Notes: generated by a model from the letters alone, not told the origin. A stretch of 64,000 bases of DNA from Bacteroidota bacterium (GCA_034002405.1 JAVFAS010000004.1:516-64515); one strand, 5' to 3'. Counted from the first letter of the stretch, positions 1-9,473 are shown. Made by a program: numbers and translations.

Positions 1-6
1 TGTTTC

Positions 7-1155
7 ATGAAACCGCGATTGTTTGTTGCCTTCCTCCTGGTCCTCTCCATTATCTGTTCCGCCCGGTCCATCACACAAACCTTCGATCCCGCGATGTTTC
101 GCACCGGATATGATATACCTGCCGGCGTCCCGCATGGAACCTGGGATTTCGACGAGTGGCCGGGCGTGGACCATCAGGTCGTCTATGTCACCGACTTCAT
201 GTATGGCGACGGGGGAAAGGAAAAGATTAAAATCGACTACACGCGGAGCGTGTTTGATACCGATGATCATACGGGTTACCTCCGTACACCGGAAGTGCTC
301 TCGACACGGTTCGCGAATATGTCCCCGGTGCTCGCGGCGTCACGGAAAATCGTCGTGATCATGGCGCATCCCGACGATGAAATTCTGCTTGCCGGTGGGT
401 TGCTGGCGACGGCTGCCCTCAACGGAACGGATGTCAAGGTCTATCTCATGTCGAACGGTGCCGACGGCTCGAAAGGGTTTTCCGAGAATCCGGATCCCGC
501 ACTGGGTGGACACAACTGTGCGGGCGTCATGCCTGACGGGACCATTCGTGTCGCGACGGATTTGATGGGACTACAGAAACCACGGATCGCGCAGCGGTAT
601 GGACGCATCCTCGGAGTGGATATCGAAATCCTTCCTGTCCACTATGAACTCAACGGCAAGCGCATCGTGCAGATCGGCGAGTACGAGGGCTTCGATTTCA
701 AACGGAGCTTCGCGCCGGGGAGCGTGATGCGCGAGGCGATGCAGCGGAGCATCGATGCGATGCTGTCACGTGAACGACCCGACCTCGTGGTCACGCATGG
801 CAGTGATGGGGAATATGGGAGTTACTTTCACAAGACCGTGCATATTCTCGTGAAATCCGCGGTCCAGAAGGCGCGGAGCAGCTTCAACTGCACCCTGTAT
901 ACCGGCTTTCCTGAATACAATTACCACGATCGCATCACCCACGTTCTCGATCTTGACGCCAGGGGCGGACAACCGCGCACGCGGAAGCACCGTGCGTTTC
1001 AGGGACTGACATTCGTCTACCGGGCCGGTAACGATTACGACAAGCCATGGAATCCACATGACAACCTCATGGACGGGGTTTTTGTGAAGGATTATGGATA
1101 TACGCCGGTCGAAGGGAAGCCGCCGCGCTATGAATTCTTCCAAAAAGTCTTCTGA
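7..1155 (+). CDS. PIG-L/LmbE-family N-acetylglucosaminyl deacetylase with N-terminal signal peptide
   Basis: N-terminus MKPRLFVAFLLVLSIICSARS looks like a signal peptide; LmbE signature VVIMAHPDDEILLAGG and a second HGSDGEYGSYFH motif; first gene of a co-directional glycan cluster. Confidence 0.75.
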   Translation: MKPRLFVAFLLVLSIICSARSITQTFDPAMFRTGYDIPAGVPHGTWDFDEWPGVDHQVVYVTDFMYGDGGKEKIKIDYTRSVFDTDDHTGYLRTPEVLSTRFANMSPVLAASRKIVVIMAHPDDEILLAGGLLATAALNGTDVKVYLMSNGADGSKGFSENPDPALGGHNCAGVMPDGTIRVATDLMGLQKPRIAQRYGRILGVDIEILPVHYELNGKRIVQIGEYEGFDFKRSFAPGSVMREAMQRSIDAMLSRERPDLVVTHGSDGEYGSYFHKTVHILVKSAVQKARSSFNCTLYTGFPEYNYHDRITHVLDLDARGGQPRTRKHRAFQGLTFVYRAGNDYDKPWNPHDNLMDGVFVKDYGYTPVEGKPPRYEFFQKVF

Positions 1156-1178
1156 GTGCAACCGGGCTCGAGGGTGGG

Positions 1179-2318
1179 ATGCATATTGTATTTTTCGTGA
1201 ATCATTTTTTCCCTTCCATCGGCGGAGTGCAATGGAGTGTCCGCCGCACGGCGGAAGCCTTGGTTCGGCGCGGGCATGAGGTGACCGTGGTCACGGAAAC
1301 ACCAGCGGATGCATCGACGAACGATGACACCGCCCCCTTCACCGTGCGACGGTTCCACGTGCCTCGTCGACGTCCATTCACACGGCTCTGTTACTGGCGC
1401 TGGATGTGGACACAGCGCGCGTTCTTCAACGCTGCCGATGTTCTCCATTTCCACGACAGCATTCCGTATTTCGCGTGGTTCCTGCCGCTACGCCTCGTCG
1501 TCCGGCGTCCACGCTACGCCGTCACGTTCCATGGGTACGAACGGTGGCCGATCCAGACTCCCCAGCGGTGGGTGCGTGCGATCACCGCGCGAAGCTGTCA
1601 TGTGCGTTTCGCGGTGGGGGAGTATATCCGTCAGCTCTACCGCCATCCGGTTGACGCGGTGTATATCGGGGCACCGGTTCGTTGGCCGGAACGGTTGGAT
1701 GAACGGGCGGGTGGCGTGTTTGCTTATGCGGGACGCTTGTCCGCGGACACGGAAATCCTGCCCCTGCTTCGGGCGTTGTCGCGAGCGGTCGATCGCGCCG
1801 ATACGGTGATGACGCCCCCCGTGATCGTGCACCTCGCGGGAGAAGGCCCGCTGCGCGAAGAGATCGCCGGCCTCGGGAGTGACCGACTCCGCATCGAATT
1901 TCACGGAGCGCGGATGGACACCACCGGGTTCTATCGCGACGCGCGATGCATCATCGCCACCGGCTTCCTTGGCATATTCGAGGCATTCGCATCCGGAATT
2001 CCGGTGATCGTGCCCGCATTCAATCCCTTGCGCCGAGCGTATGTGGCATCCATTCCCGACGCGGAACGTCTCCTCACCATGGTGCGCACCGAGGAGGAAA
2101 GCGTCGCGGTCTTCGCTGCTCACCTCGCCGATCGAGACCGGGCGACACGGTCCGCGCGTGCCGACGCGGCACATGCGTTTGTTTCCCATCTGTCATGGGA
2201 TGATATTGCCGACTTATACCTTCAGTGGTACGGACCGGCGGAATCGGGGACGGCGCGCGCGGTGACCCAGTGGCAGGTAATGAACCAACGAATCGACAGG
2301 ACCCATGCACACCGGTGA
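1179..2318 (+). CDS. Glycosyltransferase family 4
   Basis: N-terminal GT4-like fold (FFPSIGGVQWSVRRTAEALVRRGHEVTVVT) and a C-terminal EAFASGIPVIV-type motif; about 380 aa. Confidence 0.75.
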   Translation: MHIVFFVNHFFPSIGGVQWSVRRTAEALVRRGHEVTVVTETPADASTNDDTAPFTVRRFHVPRRRPFTRLCYWRWMWTQRAFFNAADVLHFHDSIPYFAWFLPLRLVVRRPRYAVTFHGYERWPIQTPQRWVRAITARSCHVRFAVGEYIRQLYRHPVDAVYIGAPVRWPERLDERAGGVFAYAGRLSADTEILPLLRALSRAVDRADTVMTPPVIVHLAGEGPLREEIAGLGSDRLRIEFHGARMDTTGFYRDARCIIATGFLGIFEAFASGIPVIVPAFNPLRRAYVASIPDAERLLTMVRTEEESVAVFAAHLADRDRATRSARADAAHAFVSHLSWDDIADLYLQWYGPAESGTARAVTQWQVMNQRIDRTHAHR

Positions 2319-3489
2319 TTCCTTCCACTTCCTGTTTTTCGGGCTCTCCTCGTTCCGGAGTCTGCCGCATCGTGAACAGGGCATCGCGATCGAGTGCGCG
2401 CGCCTCGGACACCGCGTCGATTTCATCGAAATCGCACCGTCGGTCGCGGGGAAGTCGCTCGCGGCCTTCCATCGCATCCGCGCACCGCTCTCGCGTGACA
2501 CGGGCTTCCACAGCCATGTGGCGATCCCCAATCTGCGCATTCATACACCTCCCATGCTCCCGACGGGACTGCGCAACACTCTCACGCCGTCCGTCGATCG
2601 TGCCCTTTTTCAACGATGGTTCCGCGCCACGTTCGATTCCACGGATATCGCGCACGCGATCGTCATGGTCATGATGCCGCTGTGGTGGGGGAATTTCATC
2701 GATCACGACCTGCTTCAACCACGTCTGCTCGTCTATGATATCTGCGACGCGCTCGAAGTGCCCGCGCACAGCGACGCGTCGCTCCGTCGGCTCCGGAATA
2801 GCGAACGCGCCCTGGTCTCCCATGCGGATTTGATCACCTACAGCGCGGCGGAGATGATCGAGGATATCGAGCGGCAGCATTCGCGGCGGGACGCCATGTT
2901 CCTCCCCAATGCGGTGGCGCGTGATTTCATCGATGCGTTCGATCGCGAACCCATCCACGTGCAGGAGAATCGACCGCCGACCATCGGGTTCATCGGGTCG
3001 ACAAGTGGAAAGTGGTTCGATGCCGGGCTCGTACTCGAGACCGCCCGCGCCTGTCCTGATTTCGAATTCTCCGTGATCGGTCCCGTCGACCGGCGATTCG
3101 CCAATGCATGTGTCCACCACCGAAACATCACGCTTCACGGGTACATCCCGCACGAACAATTGCCCGGACATCTGCGGCGCTTCGACGCGGCCGTCATCCC
3201 GTTTCTCGACAACGAGATCACGCGCGTCGTCAATCCGTTGAAGATGTACGAATACAGCGCGGCGGGAATCCCTGTGATCGCGCGACGCACCCGGGAACTG
3301 GAACATCACGCGTCGTTGCTGTATCTGGCGGATGACCGGGAGGGATTCGTTGCCTCGATCCACCGTGCGCTCACCGAGGATAATCCGCCGCGACGACAGG
3401 CGCGTCGGCAATTCGCCAACCAGAATACCTGGGAAGTCCGCGTGCGGGATTTGATCGCCCATCTGCATACGCAGGTGTTGGCGGCGTGA
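2305..3489 (+). CDS. Glycosyltransferase (GT1/GT4-like C-terminal domain)
   Basis: C-terminal KMYEYSAAGIPVIARRTRELEH motif typical of retaining glycosyltransferases; overlaps the upstream gene by 14 nt. Confidence 0.65.
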   Translation: MHTGDSFHFLFFGLSSFRSLPHREQGIAIECARLGHRVDFIEIAPSVAGKSLAAFHRIRAPLSRDTGFHSHVAIPNLRIHTPPMLPTGLRNTLTPSVDRALFQRWFRATFDSTDIAHAIVMVMMPLWWGNFIDHDLLQPRLLVYDICDALEVPAHSDASLRRLRNSERALVSHADLITYSAAEMIEDIERQHSRRDAMFLPNAVARDFIDAFDREPIHVQENRPPTIGFIGSTSGKWFDAGLVLETARACPDFEFSVIGPVDRRFANACVHHRNITLHGYIPHEQLPGHLRRFDAAVIPFLDNEITRVVNPLKMYEYSAAGIPVIARRTRELEHHASLLYLADDREGFVASIHRALTEDNPPRRQARRQFANQNTWEVRVRDLIAHLHTQVLAA

Positions 3490-4802
3490 ACGTGCGAAGC
3501 CTCACCGGTGGACTCCGTGAACTTGTTCCCCGTGGCGCGAGGGAGGCCAGCGTGGTATTCATCGGCGATGTCTCCTCGAAGTTCCTCACCTTCCTGATCA
3601 CCCTGTCGATGCTGGCCCTGCTCACGCCGGATGAATACATGGGCTATGGGCTGTTCATCACGGTGCTCGCCGCGGTCAATCAATTCACCGACTCGGGTCT
3701 GCATCAGAGTTTCATTCGTTTCTTTGCGTTGTACAAGCGCGACGATCCCGTCCGCGCCCAGGCACATTATCGTTTCGCATTGACGGCGAAGACCATCATC
3801 ACCATCACCACCGCTGTCTCCATGTTTTTCCTCGCGCCCGTCCTCGCCAACGCGGTCTTGCGCACACCGGGATTCGCACAACCCTTGCGTATCATGTCGC
3901 TGGCGATTCTCGGAGGGGGCATGATGGAATTCACCCTCGCGGTGCTGCAGGCGAGGCAGGAGTTTCTGCGATTCACGGCGATCCGCATCGCCGAAGCCGC
4001 GATCAAGACCGGCGTCATCTATGCGGCGATTCTTCTCGGTGCGTTCTCTTTGTCGGTGGTGTATTCATCCTATGCACTGGCCCCCACCGTTGTCGCCGCG
4101 ATCGCGATGTGGTTCATCGCATCGCTGCGCACTCGCACGGCCATCGACTGGCGCGACATCGGCAGGGAAGTGCTGGGGTTTGGAAAGTGGATGATGCTGA
4201 CCTCCTTTGCCACGATGTTTCTGATGCGTCTCGACGTGTTCATGATCATCCCGATGCTCGCCGATCGGCCGGAAGAAGCGGGCCTCTATGTCGCCGCGAC
4301 CAAGCTCTGCACACCCCTGATCGTCCTCGCCGGCTCGGTGTCGACCGTGTTTTTTCCGAAGGCGATGGAGCTGCGCACGCTGGAGGAAATGCGGCGCTAC
4401 CTCCGGCGGACCTTCGCGGTGAGTCTGCCCGTGACCGGTATCGGTCTCACCTATCTCATCGTGATGACCGTCGTCACGCCGGAGTTCTTTCCGAGCTACA
4501 CCGCCTCGATGCCTTTGTTCGCCGTGCTCTTCATCGGATATGCATGGACGATTATCGGCAATCCCGTCACCATGCTCATGCTCAGTATCGGTCGCCAGCG
4601 GATGGCCACGTGGATCGCGCTCGGACAACTGCTTCTCACGGCGGTTTCCCACTACGTGTTCATCACCGCGTTCGGGTCGATGGGGGCCGCGCTCAGCAGC
4701 GTGCTTGTCTGGTTCGCCGCGGGAATCGTGTCCATGCTGTACATTTACACCCACCGTCATGAGATCATCCATGCCGTCTCGGGCACGTCGAACGGACACT
4801 GA
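3486..4802 (+). CDS. Wzx-like oligosaccharide flippase / polysaccharide biosynthesis protein (MOP superfamily)
   Basis: 438 aa highly hydrophobic multi-pass protein; GTG start overlaps the upstream stop (GTGA); embedded in the glycosyltransferase cluster. Confidence 0.7.
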   Translation: MNVRSLTGGLRELVPRGAREASVVFIGDVSSKFLTFLITLSMLALLTPDEYMGYGLFITVLAAVNQFTDSGLHQSFIRFFALYKRDDPVRAQAHYRFALTAKTIITITTAVSMFFLAPVLANAVLRTPGFAQPLRIMSLAILGGGMMEFTLAVLQARQEFLRFTAIRIAEAAIKTGVIYAAILLGAFSLSVVYSSYALAPTVVAAIAMWFIASLRTRTAIDWRDIGREVLGFGKWMMLTSFATMFLMRLDVFMIIPMLADRPEEAGLYVAATKLCTPLIVLAGSVSTVFFPKAMELRTLEEMRRYLRRTFAVSLPVTGIGLTYLIVMTVVTPEFFPSYTASMPLFAVLFIGYAWTIIGNPVTMLMLSIGRQRMATWIALGQLLLTAVSHYVFITAFGSMGAALSSVLVWFAAGIVSMLYIYTHRHEIIHAVSGTSNGH

Positions 4803-4805
4803 CCA

Positions 4806-5393
4806 GTGGAGAAACGCATGAAGACGATGCTCGCGCATATCGCCAGGTGGCTGTTCCGGAAAATGCAGGGCGCGGAGTTGTATCTCGCGTTGCATCAACT
4901 GCGCACGAAGGGACGTGCGATCGCACCCACCGCGACGTTCGGATCGCGCGCGCAGTTGCGCATCGACGATGCGGCCGCGGTGTTCGCCGTGGGTGAGCGC
5001 GTCGAGGTGTTACAGGACTGTTGGTTGATCGCGCATCCCGGGGATGCGTTGGTGATCGACGACGATGTGTTCATTTCGCAGCATTGTACCGTCTCGGGAA
5101 CGGTGCACATCGGTCGTGGCACGCTGATCGGGGGCTTCGTCACCATCATTGATGCCAACCATCGCGTCGATGATGGCGCACGTCCCATTCGCGAGCAGGG
5201 AGGGGAGCGGCGTCGGATCGAGATCGGCGCGGACGTCTGGATCGGCAGTAATGCCGTGATCCTTCCCGGCGTGCGGATCGGGAGCGGCGCCGTGGTCGCG
5301 GCGAATGCCACGGTAACGAAGGATGTTCCACCAATGGCCATCGTCGGGGGGACGCCGGCACGTGTGCTTCGCATGCGGGGAGATGCGCGATGA
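4806..5393 (+). CDS. Hexapeptide-repeat (left-handed beta-helix) acyl/acetyltransferase
   Basis: Repeating [LIV]-G-x-x-x-x hexapeptides (IGRGTLIGGFVTII, IGADVWIGSNAVILPGVRIGSGAVVAANATV) resembling the WcaF/maltose O-acetyltransferase family. Confidence 0.8.
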   Translation: MEKRMKTMLAHIARWLFRKMQGAELYLALHQLRTKGRAIAPTATFGSRAQLRIDDAAAVFAVGERVEVLQDCWLIAHPGDALVIDDDVFISQHCTVSGTVHIGRGTLIGGFVTIIDANHRVDDGARPIREQGGERRRIEIGADVWIGSNAVILPGVRIGSGAVVAANATVTKDVPPMAIVGGTPARVLRMRGDAR

Positions 5394-6460
5394 CCGTCAC
5401 GCCGACCGACTTCGACGATCCCGGACTTTCCGCCTGGTGGGATGAATCCTACGATACGGATGTACTGATCCGAAATACATTTTTCCAATCCCGCCACTGG
5501 AACCAGTGCTGGAGCGATACGTTTGTCGCGTCGGATGCACGCCGTACACTGATGCTCCTGCGCATCGAGGACCGCGGCCGCATCGTCGCCGCCATCCCGC
5601 TGTTTCTCCAGCGCCGGGCAGCGGGACCGATTACCGCATGGCGATACTTTCTCTGGATTGGGGACGAACTCGCGCAATATCCGGACATGGTCACGACACA
5701 GCGAGACACGGCGCCCGTGTGGGAAGCGGCGATCGGATTTCTTGCCCGTGCGTATCCCGATGCGTGGCTGCATCTGCGGGACATGCTTCCCGAATCGACG
5801 CACACAAGCCTACAATCCCGCGCCCGGGTGCTGCGGGGCGAGCCCTATCTGCGACTTTCACTGGCGGGACAGGATGCACAGCAGTATCTGGCACGCTGCA
5901 CGCCGCACCTTCGAAGAAACATTCTGCGTGCGCGGAAACAACTCACCACCGACGCGGCGATGCATTGGCATGCGGTACGCGATCCGGATACCCGCCTGAT
6001 CGACCGCCTGATCGATCTCAGCATCATGCGCTTCGGGAAGGCGTCATGGTTTGCCGACGAACGAAACCGGACATTCTTCCGCGCACTCTGCGCGCGCGCG
6101 GGTCACGAGGTGCTGTTCACCGTGGTCGAGCACGCGGGCGAGCCGGTCCACATCGTTGCCTCGTATCTCCATGGTGATGTCGTGCATTATGTACTTTCCG
6201 GTATGGATATCCGATGGACACACCTGCGACCCGGCACGATGAATCTCGACGCGACCATCCGCTGGGCCATGCACGAAGGGTACTCCTGTTTTGATTTCCT
6301 GCGCGGCGACGAGCGATACAAACGCGAGTTCGGTCCGGACGGACGGCACGGCATGGCGCTCGAGATCCCACTCGGCGGCAATGGACTGCGGCGTTCCCTC
6401 GCACGTGCCGCGCGGCGGCTCCGGCGCATGACCGATCGATCGACGGAGGATCACGCATGA
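5390..6460 (+). CDS. CelD/BcsL-like, FemAB-related GNAT-fold transferase (Acetyltransf_6-like)
   Basis: C-terminal region ASYLHGDVVHYVLSGMDIRW...CFDFLRGDERYKREFG matches the CelD/FemAB-type transferase pattern; ATGA start/stop overlap with the upstream gene. Confidence 0.6.
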   Translation: MTVTPTDFDDPGLSAWWDESYDTDVLIRNTFFQSRHWNQCWSDTFVASDARRTLMLLRIEDRGRIVAAIPLFLQRRAAGPITAWRYFLWIGDELAQYPDMVTTQRDTAPVWEAAIGFLARAYPDAWLHLRDMLPESTHTSLQSRARVLRGEPYLRLSLAGQDAQQYLARCTPHLRRNILRARKQLTTDAAMHWHAVRDPDTRLIDRLIDLSIMRFGKASWFADERNRTFFRALCARAGHEVLFTVVEHAGEPVHIVASYLHGDVVHYVLSGMDIRWTHLRPGTMNLDATIRWAMHEGYSCFDFLRGDERYKREFGPDGRHGMALEIPLGGNGLRRSLARAARRLRRMTDRSTEDHA

Positions 6461-6993
6461 CACTCCTCGCCCGGCATCGTCTCTGCTTCTACCGGCGACG
6501 CTGCATGCCCGCGGCGCGACCGGAGGGGAACCGCTCCTATGCAATCGTCGGCGAAAAGGATTTTCCCTGGGCGCATCCCGTTGCGCTGCGGCATGCGACG
6601 ATCTATCACGCACGGTTTCGGCAGGGACATCGCGCACTCCTCGGACGCGTGGATGGCGAGCCAGTTTTCACCGCATGGATCGCGGTCCGGTCGCTGCGCG
6701 TCGATGAATGCGCTTGGACATGCACCATCGCCGACACGGAAGCGGTGGTGTATGATTGCGTGACGGCCGTGGACTGGCGCGGCCAGGGCATCTATCCCGA
6801 AGCGCTGCGCGAGCTCTCCGCACTGCTCGCGGGGGAGGGGATCCTGCATCTCTGGATATACGCGGATGCGCGGAATGCGGCATCGCGCCGTGGGATCGAA
6901 CATGCGTCCTTCGACTTCCTCGGGGAAATCCGTGCATGGACGGTAGCTGGAATGACACGCCGGCGTGGTCACGTACCCGGACTCTACCCATGA
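6457..6993 (+). CDS. GNAT-family N-acetyltransferase (putative)
   Basis: GNAT motif-A-like VTAVDWRGQGIYPEALREL; ATGA overlaps on both sides indicate translational coupling within the operon. Confidence 0.5.
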   Translation: MTLLARHRLCFYRRRCMPAARPEGNRSYAIVGEKDFPWAHPVALRHATIYHARFRQGHRALLGRVDGEPVFTAWIAVRSLRVDECAWTCTIADTEAVVYDCVTAVDWRGQGIYPEALRELSALLAGEGILHLWIYADARNAASRRGIEHASFDFLGEIRAWTVAGMTRRRGHVPGLYP

Positions 6994-7805
6994 TCGGCGT
7001 CCACGGACTCCTCGAGCGCCTGGCGTTGCGGACGCTGCGCCTCCGGGCATCGCAGATCGCCGAACTTGCGCGCAATCCACTCGTGACGGTGTACCCCCGC
7101 GAACTGACCTTCGAAGGTCCGCCCATCCGTGTGCTGCTGCTCACGCCGCACGCCGATGACGAGACCTTTGGCGCGGGGGGAACACTATTGCGCCACCTGG
7201 ATAAAGGAGATCAGGTGGAAGTACTCCTTTTTTCGGACAACGTCATGTCCATCGACGACGACGCCATGCGCGAGGAGAGGAAGATCGAACACCGCGAGGA
7301 GGAATTCGCGTGCGCGATGGCGCGGCTGGGGATCGAGCGCTGGGCGGCATTGCGGATCGGGAACCGGGAGTTCCGTCAGGGCGTACACCCGGACTCTGCA
7401 TTCACGTCGCTGATTGAGAATCATCCCGATGTTTTGTATCTTCCCTCGTTATTCGATAATCACCACGATCATCGGATGCTCAACGCCTGGTTGTTGCGGA
7501 CGCTTCAGGAACATCGCGACGTGCGTCCCCTGATTCGTGGATTTGAAGTCTGGAGTCCGCTCCCCGCCACGGCCGTCGCGGATATCACGGCATGGATTGA
7601 TCGGAAACATGAAGCGATCCGTTGCTACGAAAGCCAGAATGCCGCGATCGATTACCGGCATCACATCGACGGGTTGAATGCCTACCGGGCCATGACGCTC
7701 GGTGGAAAACGGGCACGATATGCCGAAGCGTTTCTTGAACTGCCGGCGGATCTGTATCTTGAACTCGGAAAATCGTTTATTCTCTCGTACATTGATGTTT
7801 GCTGA
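6990..7805 (+). CDS. PIG-L/LmbE-family deacetylase (second copy)
   Basis: LmbE signature VLLLTPHADDETFGAGG; start taken at the ATG at 6990 (MIGVHG...), which overlaps the upstream stop by 4 nt; the ORF-track start at 6756 is an over-extension. Confidence 0.75.
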   Translation: MIGVHGLLERLALRTLRLRASQIAELARNPLVTVYPRELTFEGPPIRVLLLTPHADDETFGAGGTLLRHLDKGDQVEVLLFSDNVMSIDDDAMREERKIEHREEEFACAMARLGIERWAALRIGNREFRQGVHPDSAFTSLIENHPDVLYLPSLFDNHHDHRMLNAWLLRTLQEHRDVRPLIRGFEVWSPLPATAVADITAWIDRKHEAIRCYESQNAAIDYRHHIDGLNAYRAMTLGGKRARYAEAFLELPADLYLELGKSFILSYIDVC

Positions 7806-7869
7806 CGTACCTGCTTGCACTGCGCCCGCAAATACCCAGATACTCGAATCGTTCCATGGAGGAAATTCA

Positions 7870-8643
7870 ATGCGGAAATCGTCGAAAGCGTTGTTGAGCG
7901 TTCTGTTGGCCGTTGCCGCGCTGCTGTGCGCCACGGTTCAGGTGGAAGCGCAGATCGGTCAGAACCTCGTCATCAACCGGTTTGTCTCCGATCCCGACAA
8001 CATCGAAACGCACGTGGTGATCAGCGACGTCGACGGCGTCGGTCCCAATATCAAGATCTCGATCTTCAACGACGAAGGCCGGTTGGTGTACGAGCGGTAC
8101 GAAACCCTGAGCGCATTCGGGAAAATCAATTACGACCCGCTCACGTACCTCAATGCGTATCAGCACGGCTATAATCAGAGTCCGAAATTCATCGGGACGG
8201 TACGCATCGAGAGCGCGGGCGGAAACATCGCCGGGCAGTATTGGGAAATGAACCGTGATCTCGACAAGGCGTACATGAACATCGCGGTCCCGGCGGCGGA
8301 CGGCAAGGGCTACGACAAGCTCGTGTGCCAGCACTTCGTCTCCGACAAATCCGTGAATTCGCAGATCATCGTCAGCAATACCGAAGTCTCGCGTCCCGTG
8401 ACCATCGATGTGAAATTTTACAGCGACAACGGCGGCCTCGTGGGCGTGGAGAAGCGCGTGATTCCCGCGAATGGCGTTAGCAGCATCAATCCCTACAAGT
8501 CACTCAAGGGCGTCCAGATGACTGGCACGGCGTACATCGTCGTCGTCGGCGCGGGCAAAATCACCGGTGAGTACTGGCAGGCCGTCGAACGTGAAAAGTA
8601 CCAGGTCGCCTTGCCGCTCGAGGGCGTGACGAAGATTCGCTGA
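7870..8643 (+). CDS. Secreted protein of unknown function, two internally duplicated domains (paralog A)
   Basis: GGAGG ribosome-binding site 8 nt upstream; signal peptide MRKSSKALLSVLLAVAALLCATVQVEAQ; two roughly 110 aa internal repeats (FVSD..THVVISD..GTVRIESAGGNIAGQYWE and FVSD..IIVSN..GKITGEYWQA); no family recognised. Confidence 0.6.
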   Translation: MRKSSKALLSVLLAVAALLCATVQVEAQIGQNLVINRFVSDPDNIETHVVISDVDGVGPNIKISIFNDEGRLVYERYETLSAFGKINYDPLTYLNAYQHGYNQSPKFIGTVRIESAGGNIAGQYWEMNRDLDKAYMNIAVPAADGKGYDKLVCQHFVSDKSVNSQIIVSNTEVSRPVTIDVKFYSDNGGLVGVEKRVIPANGVSSINPYKSLKGVQMTGTAYIVVVGAGKITGEYWQAVEREKYQVALPLEGVTKIR

Positions 8644-8669
8644 GCGCGGACCACTCTCCGAGGAGTTTC

Positions 8670-9473
8670 ATGGCGCGGCATCGGCGCTTCATTGCGCATT
8701 CTCTGCGCATTTCCCTGTTCCTGACTCTCGCGATTGCGTGTGTGCCTGTCATGGCATACGCGCAATTTGCGTTCGAGGGGGAGGGGCTGCCGTCGCGGGC
8801 GGGAGATCAGCTCGTCGTCAACTATTTCGAGGCCGATCCCGACGTGTACGAGACCCATCTCGTGATCACCGATCACGAGGGAACCGGTTCGGTGGTCAAC
8901 GTGCTGCTCTTTGACCTCGATGGACGGCTGGTCGCGGAACATGCGTACTTTCTTCCGATATTCGGAAAAGTCAACTACAATCCGGCCGAGGACCTGGGAA
9001 AGAACGTGTTCACGGGCACCATTCGGATCTACGCGGATGGCGGGAACGTGTCGGCACAATACTGGCAGTTCTACAAAAATCCGGAGAAAACCGTCTTTAA
9101 TACAGCCATCCCCGCATCCAATGCGCTGGGTGCACCGGCGCTGCTGTGCCAGCACTTCGTGTCATCGCCGGATATTCGCGCGCGTCTCGTCCTGGTGAAT
9201 CCCGCGTCCGACAGCGCGGTCACGGTCTCGGTGACATTCTATCTGGACCGGGGAAAACAGCTCACCAGGGACAAGCATACAATCCCGCCAAACGGCATGA
9301 TCCTTCTCGATCCGTTTGTCGAGAATGAAGGGCTGGTCCGCACCGGAATTGCGTACTGCGAGGTCATTGGCGACGGCCGCATCACGGGTGAATACTGGCA
9401 GGCCAGCGACGCGGAACGCTATCAGGTTTCGCTGCCGATGGAAGCCATCCCCGTACGAACGAAGCACTGGTAA
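8670..9473 (+). CDS. Secreted protein of unknown function, two internally duplicated domains (paralog B)
   Basis: Signal peptide (LFLTLAIACVPVMAYAQ); clearly paralogous to 7870..8643 (LVVNYFEADPDVYETHLVITD, GTIRIYADGGNVSAQYWQF, LLCQHFVSS, RITGEYWQASDAERYQVSLPMEAIP). Confidence 0.6.
   Translation: MARHRRFIAHSLRISLFLTLAIACVPVMAYAQFAFEGEGLPSRAGDQLVVNYFEADPDVYETHLVITDHEGTGSVVNVLLFDLDGRLVAEHAYFLPIFGKVNYNPAEDLGKNVFTGTIRIYADGGNVSAQYWQFYKNPEKTVFNTAIPASNALGAPALLCQHFVSSPDIRARLVLVNPASDSAVTVSVTFYLDRGKQLTRDKHTIPPNGMILLDPFVENEGLVRTGIAYCEVIGDGRITGEYWQASDAERYQVSLPMEAIPVRTKHW

Noticed and set aside
2074-3468. Long antisense ORFs (2074..3468 -, also 14895..16154 +, 35434..36660 +, 40582..41910 +, 25729..26688 +, 31212..31907 +)
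   Set aside because: Each lies opposite a confidently identified gene (glycosyltransferase, dxs, lipase, hslV/rpoN, pheT, pdxJ). Each has an Arg/Pro/Gly-rich, low-complexity translation and no start-site support.
7-7805. Low-molecular-weight thiol (mycothiol/bacillithiol-like) pathway reading of the GT4-LmbE-GNAT genes
   Set aside because: The locus has a Wzx flippase, a second glycosyltransferase, a hexapeptide acyltransferase and a signal-peptide-bearing deacetylase. These fit a surface glycan better. No Cys-ligase-like gene was found.
7702-8643. Upstream-extended starts in the ORF track (7702 for the secreted paralog; also 6756, 14781..16844, 16732..17046, 49740, 59461, 45619, 46898, 55541)
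   Set aside because: The extensions overlap upstream genes and lack ribosome-binding sites. Internal Met codons with ribosome-binding sites, signal peptides, or conserved N-termini (MPEHSPTPLL for dxs, MSVPRSAAQ for ligA, MFISFEG for tmk, and others) were used as starts.
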